DNA of 63,953 nt, the filler included, from Licmophora abbreviata (lineage: Eukaryota), in NCBI GenBank assembly GCA_900291995.1. It is 10 parts of 10 records of this genome, joined end to end, with 100 filler letters (N's around TTAATTAATTAA, not from the genome) between each part and the next. Parts side by side here need not be neighbours in the genome. Positions count along the whole stretch, not along the records: positions 61,161 to 62,744 come from OLMU01003410.1; positions 62,845 to 63,953 come from OLMU01003420.1; 8 more parts are not named here. The stretch is one strand, 5' to 3'. Numbering within the stretch: position 1 is the stretch's first letter; each line of letters opens with the position of its first letter. Positions 61,061 through 63,953 of the stretch are shown piece by piece. Below the pieces are notes generated by a model, which was given only the letters and a program-made list of their open reading frames with translations, had not been told where the DNA came from and did not search any database. Made by a program: the position numbers and the translations under genes.

Positions 61061-61919
61061 NNNNNNNNNNNNNNNNNNNNNNNNNNNNNNNNNNNNNNNN
61101 NNNNTTAATTAATTAANNNNNNNNNNNNNNNNNNNNNNNNNNNNNNNNNNNNNNNNNNNNTATGGCACAGTAGCTACCTAGCATACTTACTTGAAGATGT
61201 GTCAAAAACCCAAATTTTCGATTCACCGACGACACATCTTCAAGAACGTTCTTCCAACGGACATTCACATTGACTTTGGACTTCAGACCACATTTTCATA
61301 GAGAGACAGACGCGAAGCAAGGGCAGACCAGTCGCAAGAAGTGGTCTGATTATGGATGCAATCAATGCGATTGGGTGAACCCTCCTGGCTGCATGCCATT
61401 GGTGTCGGATACTAGTTTGAAAAATAGACGTGAAGGAGTACTCACTCGTCTCATACCTTCGTCCCAGAATGGCTGCCGCGCAGTCCGGATTGCGCGTAAA
61501 CTTCAGTACAAATCCTACGCGAAAGTTTAAAAAAATAAGAGGGCACGTGCCGATCGCGAGGTCTTGCGCTAGCTAAAGATGGTATGGCGCGGGCACTCCC
61601 ATGAATGTGTTCCGGGTTGTTTTCCAGAATGACCCTGGTATGATGTGTCTGTCGGCGACACAGAGACCATCATGGCATTGCATCGTCGTTCGTGTACCGG
61701 TATGCATTGGCTCTGTTCTCCACTGTTGTCATCGCCATCCTTGTTTGTTGGCCCTCGGATGGTCTTTCTGGACGTTTCTACCTCAGAGTATAGTCGCTTC
61801 TCGGTACTCTTGCCGTCTCTTTGAATCTCTCCAAAGAATTGAACCCCCTTTTTTGGTTCAAAGCTCGTATAGAAGTACTACTCGTACATATATATGGCAG
61901 TGTCTCGACTCTCGCCACG

Positions 61920-62678
61920 ATGATGGTGTCTTCCTCCAATGCAACGACCAAACGAAGAAGAAAAGCAAGACGGAGATTGTCGTGGTGCGGATCCACCACG
62001 CTCCCTCTTGTTCTTCTATTGTCCTCCTCATGCTATTCGTTTCCGTCCTGAACATCGTCTATGTCTTTCAACGCGACGGCAGTCCTAGCACCTCTACTAG
62101 TACTAGTACTACTGCTAGTGGTAGAAGTATTGCAACGCACTCCTTTTACATGCATCACACCGACAACAACACTTCATCGTCGTCATCACTCTCCTCCTCC
62201 TCCATCCACCACCAGCTGGTGAAACGAGACAAGCAGGGACGCATCCTTCATCATGCCATTACCAACGTGTCCATTGCTGACTTGAAGGATCTGCAAGACG
62301 AAGGCTTTCTAAAAGTAGTAGGAGAGAGCAGTAGTACAACCAACAATCCACACCAACACACACTGACATTCGAACAAGCCAGCGTTGGGAGACAAGAGTT
62401 ATTGGACATATTGAACGATGCCGGTGTGACGGAGATTGATGTGGCGACGCTGTCACTCTTGCCCAAGTGGGACACGGTGGTGAAACTCTATGGAGACAAA
62501 CCCATCGTGTATGGACTGGACCACTGTGAGGACTATCGCACGAGGATTCCACGGAACGATGCCAGTTTGGCACCGGCGGGAATCTTCAATACGGGAACGA
62601 ACCTGCTGGCCATGTATCTCAGTGCCAATTGTGTCATGCCGGAGAATCCGCAACGGAATCATGGAATGAGATGGCAAG
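61920..62678 (+). CDS. Type II membrane sulfotransferase-like protein, first exon only
   Basis: TM segment IVLLMLFVSVLNIVYVF, S/T stem, LPKWDTVVKLYGDKPIVYGLDHC, AGIFNTGTNLL (PSB-like). Donor at 62679. Start uncertain, with a possible 1-nt indel near 62015. Confidence 0.5.
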
Positions 62679-63953
62679 GTGAGACTGTGCAAGAGTTTGA
62701 ACCTCTGTACTATTGTAATAGTAGTAGTAGTATGGTGCAGGATGNNNNNNNNNNNNNNNNNNNNNNNNNNNNNNNNNNNNNNNNNNNNTTAATTAATTAA
62801 NNNNNNNNNNNNNNNNNNNNNNNNNNNNNNNNNNNNNNNNNNNNGGAGGATGTTGCAGCACGACGCCGCCAGGCTTGACGCAGATGCTGTTGTTTCGTTT
62901 GACAAGAAATTTTGAAAGTTTGAGACGGGGAATGAATCTGAAGCTCGAATGCACCAAAAAAGGGCTTTGCACTTTTCTGTTCAGTAAGAAAGGGTTCTCG
63001 ACCAACGTACCTGACCCTCCACCGCACAGGTCAAGATGGCGACAACAACCGTGGCAATGGATACGGCCGAGATGGAGAATCGCATGACAGTTGATTGCCA
63101 AAAGAGGATTCGAGGATCCAATCAGCTCAAAATAGATTGTGTCTTCCAATCTTCGTCAACCGCGGGGACTTCAGCTGAGAATCTGAAGATGCGAATCAAT
63201 CGAATCATCACGCTACCATTCCCAAGATTCGAACCTTTGGTGAATCGAATCTTCAGAACGACCTAATGAGATGTTTGGAACGCAGCGAGTGCCGGATATG
63301 AAGTACCCCCCACATCAAGACGGGGACACAGGTCGAGGCGTCGACTGATGGAGGATCCATCTATTGCGGATGGTGTCCACAAGCCGCCAGAAGGCGTCGA
63401 CCGCGCACTCATCATGGTCCGGCAACCAAAACGTCAAGCTGAAAGCCACTGATTCTGTGTGAGGATCACGCAATTGTTTCCTTTTGGTTTTCCTCCACTT
63501 GTGCTTTTGATCCTCCCACGGAGCAACACTAGCAGCATAGGAACAAAACGTCGGCTAGACTGCGCTCACTCTCATCAAAGTCGCCATGATCACAAATTTT
63601 TTTCTCGCGAATCGAAACTCGAAACGCGTGTCGCCACTTTCGTGAGAGGATGTCTGTGCGTCGGTCGGAATCCCTACTTCTATCACATGATGCTCCTGCT
63701 CTCTCCTGACGGATTTCCTTAAGTCTAACGCCATTGGACTACGACGGCAAAGGAGGGCGGCTACTCAAGGTAGCGCCAATGGCAAGTCCCTACTCACAAG
63801 ATAGAACTTGACTACACTAGTAGAACAGAATTATTAGCTCGCTGCATTTGTCTGGGAGTCGGCGCCCGATGCCGCGCTGGACGACAGTGTTGCTCTCGAT
63901 TCGACTCATGCCAAGGACGCCCGCGAAGACGTTCTTTCCTCCAATGGCCGAGT

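Overview
Gene-dense eukaryotic DNA with short spliceosomal introns. Gene content and targeting signals point to a stramenopile alga, most likely a diatom (inference). The window is ten contigs joined by nine artificial 100-nt spacers (N44-TTAATTAATTAA-N44), so adjacency across spacers is not guaranteed. About 25 protein-coding genes are supported: a HEAT-repeat phosphatase regulator, a Roc-COR/trypsin-like protease fusion, a Cu P1B-ATPase, two SWEETs, a Hook-like coiled-coil protein, a SOUL-like plastid protein, a six-Calx-beta secreted protein, a histidine phosphatase, an NYN protein, three sulfotransferase-like proteins, an S10 carboxypeptidase and a membrane trypsin, a sterol dehydrogenase, a YrhK-like protein, an F-box/LRR protein, three Spondin_N genes, a kinase, a P450, RRP5 and a DUF4116-like protein. 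Most interesting observations: (1) a chimeric Spondin_N gene whose Cys-rich tail, 3' flank and a relic of the neighbouring phosphatase gene were copied from the Calx-beta locus 20 kb away; (2) an LRR-less Roco protein with a degenerate P-loop fused to an apparently active serine protease; (3) a foreign-looking block flanked by a 355-bp direct duplication and ending in TTAGGGTTAGG; (4) a head-to-head trypsin/Kex1-like peptidase pair carrying RXL motifs; (5) a recurrent non-coding TACCWGGTA motif. No rRNA, tRNA, CRISPR array or intact transposase was recognised. All family assignments come from motif recognition by eye, not from database searches.
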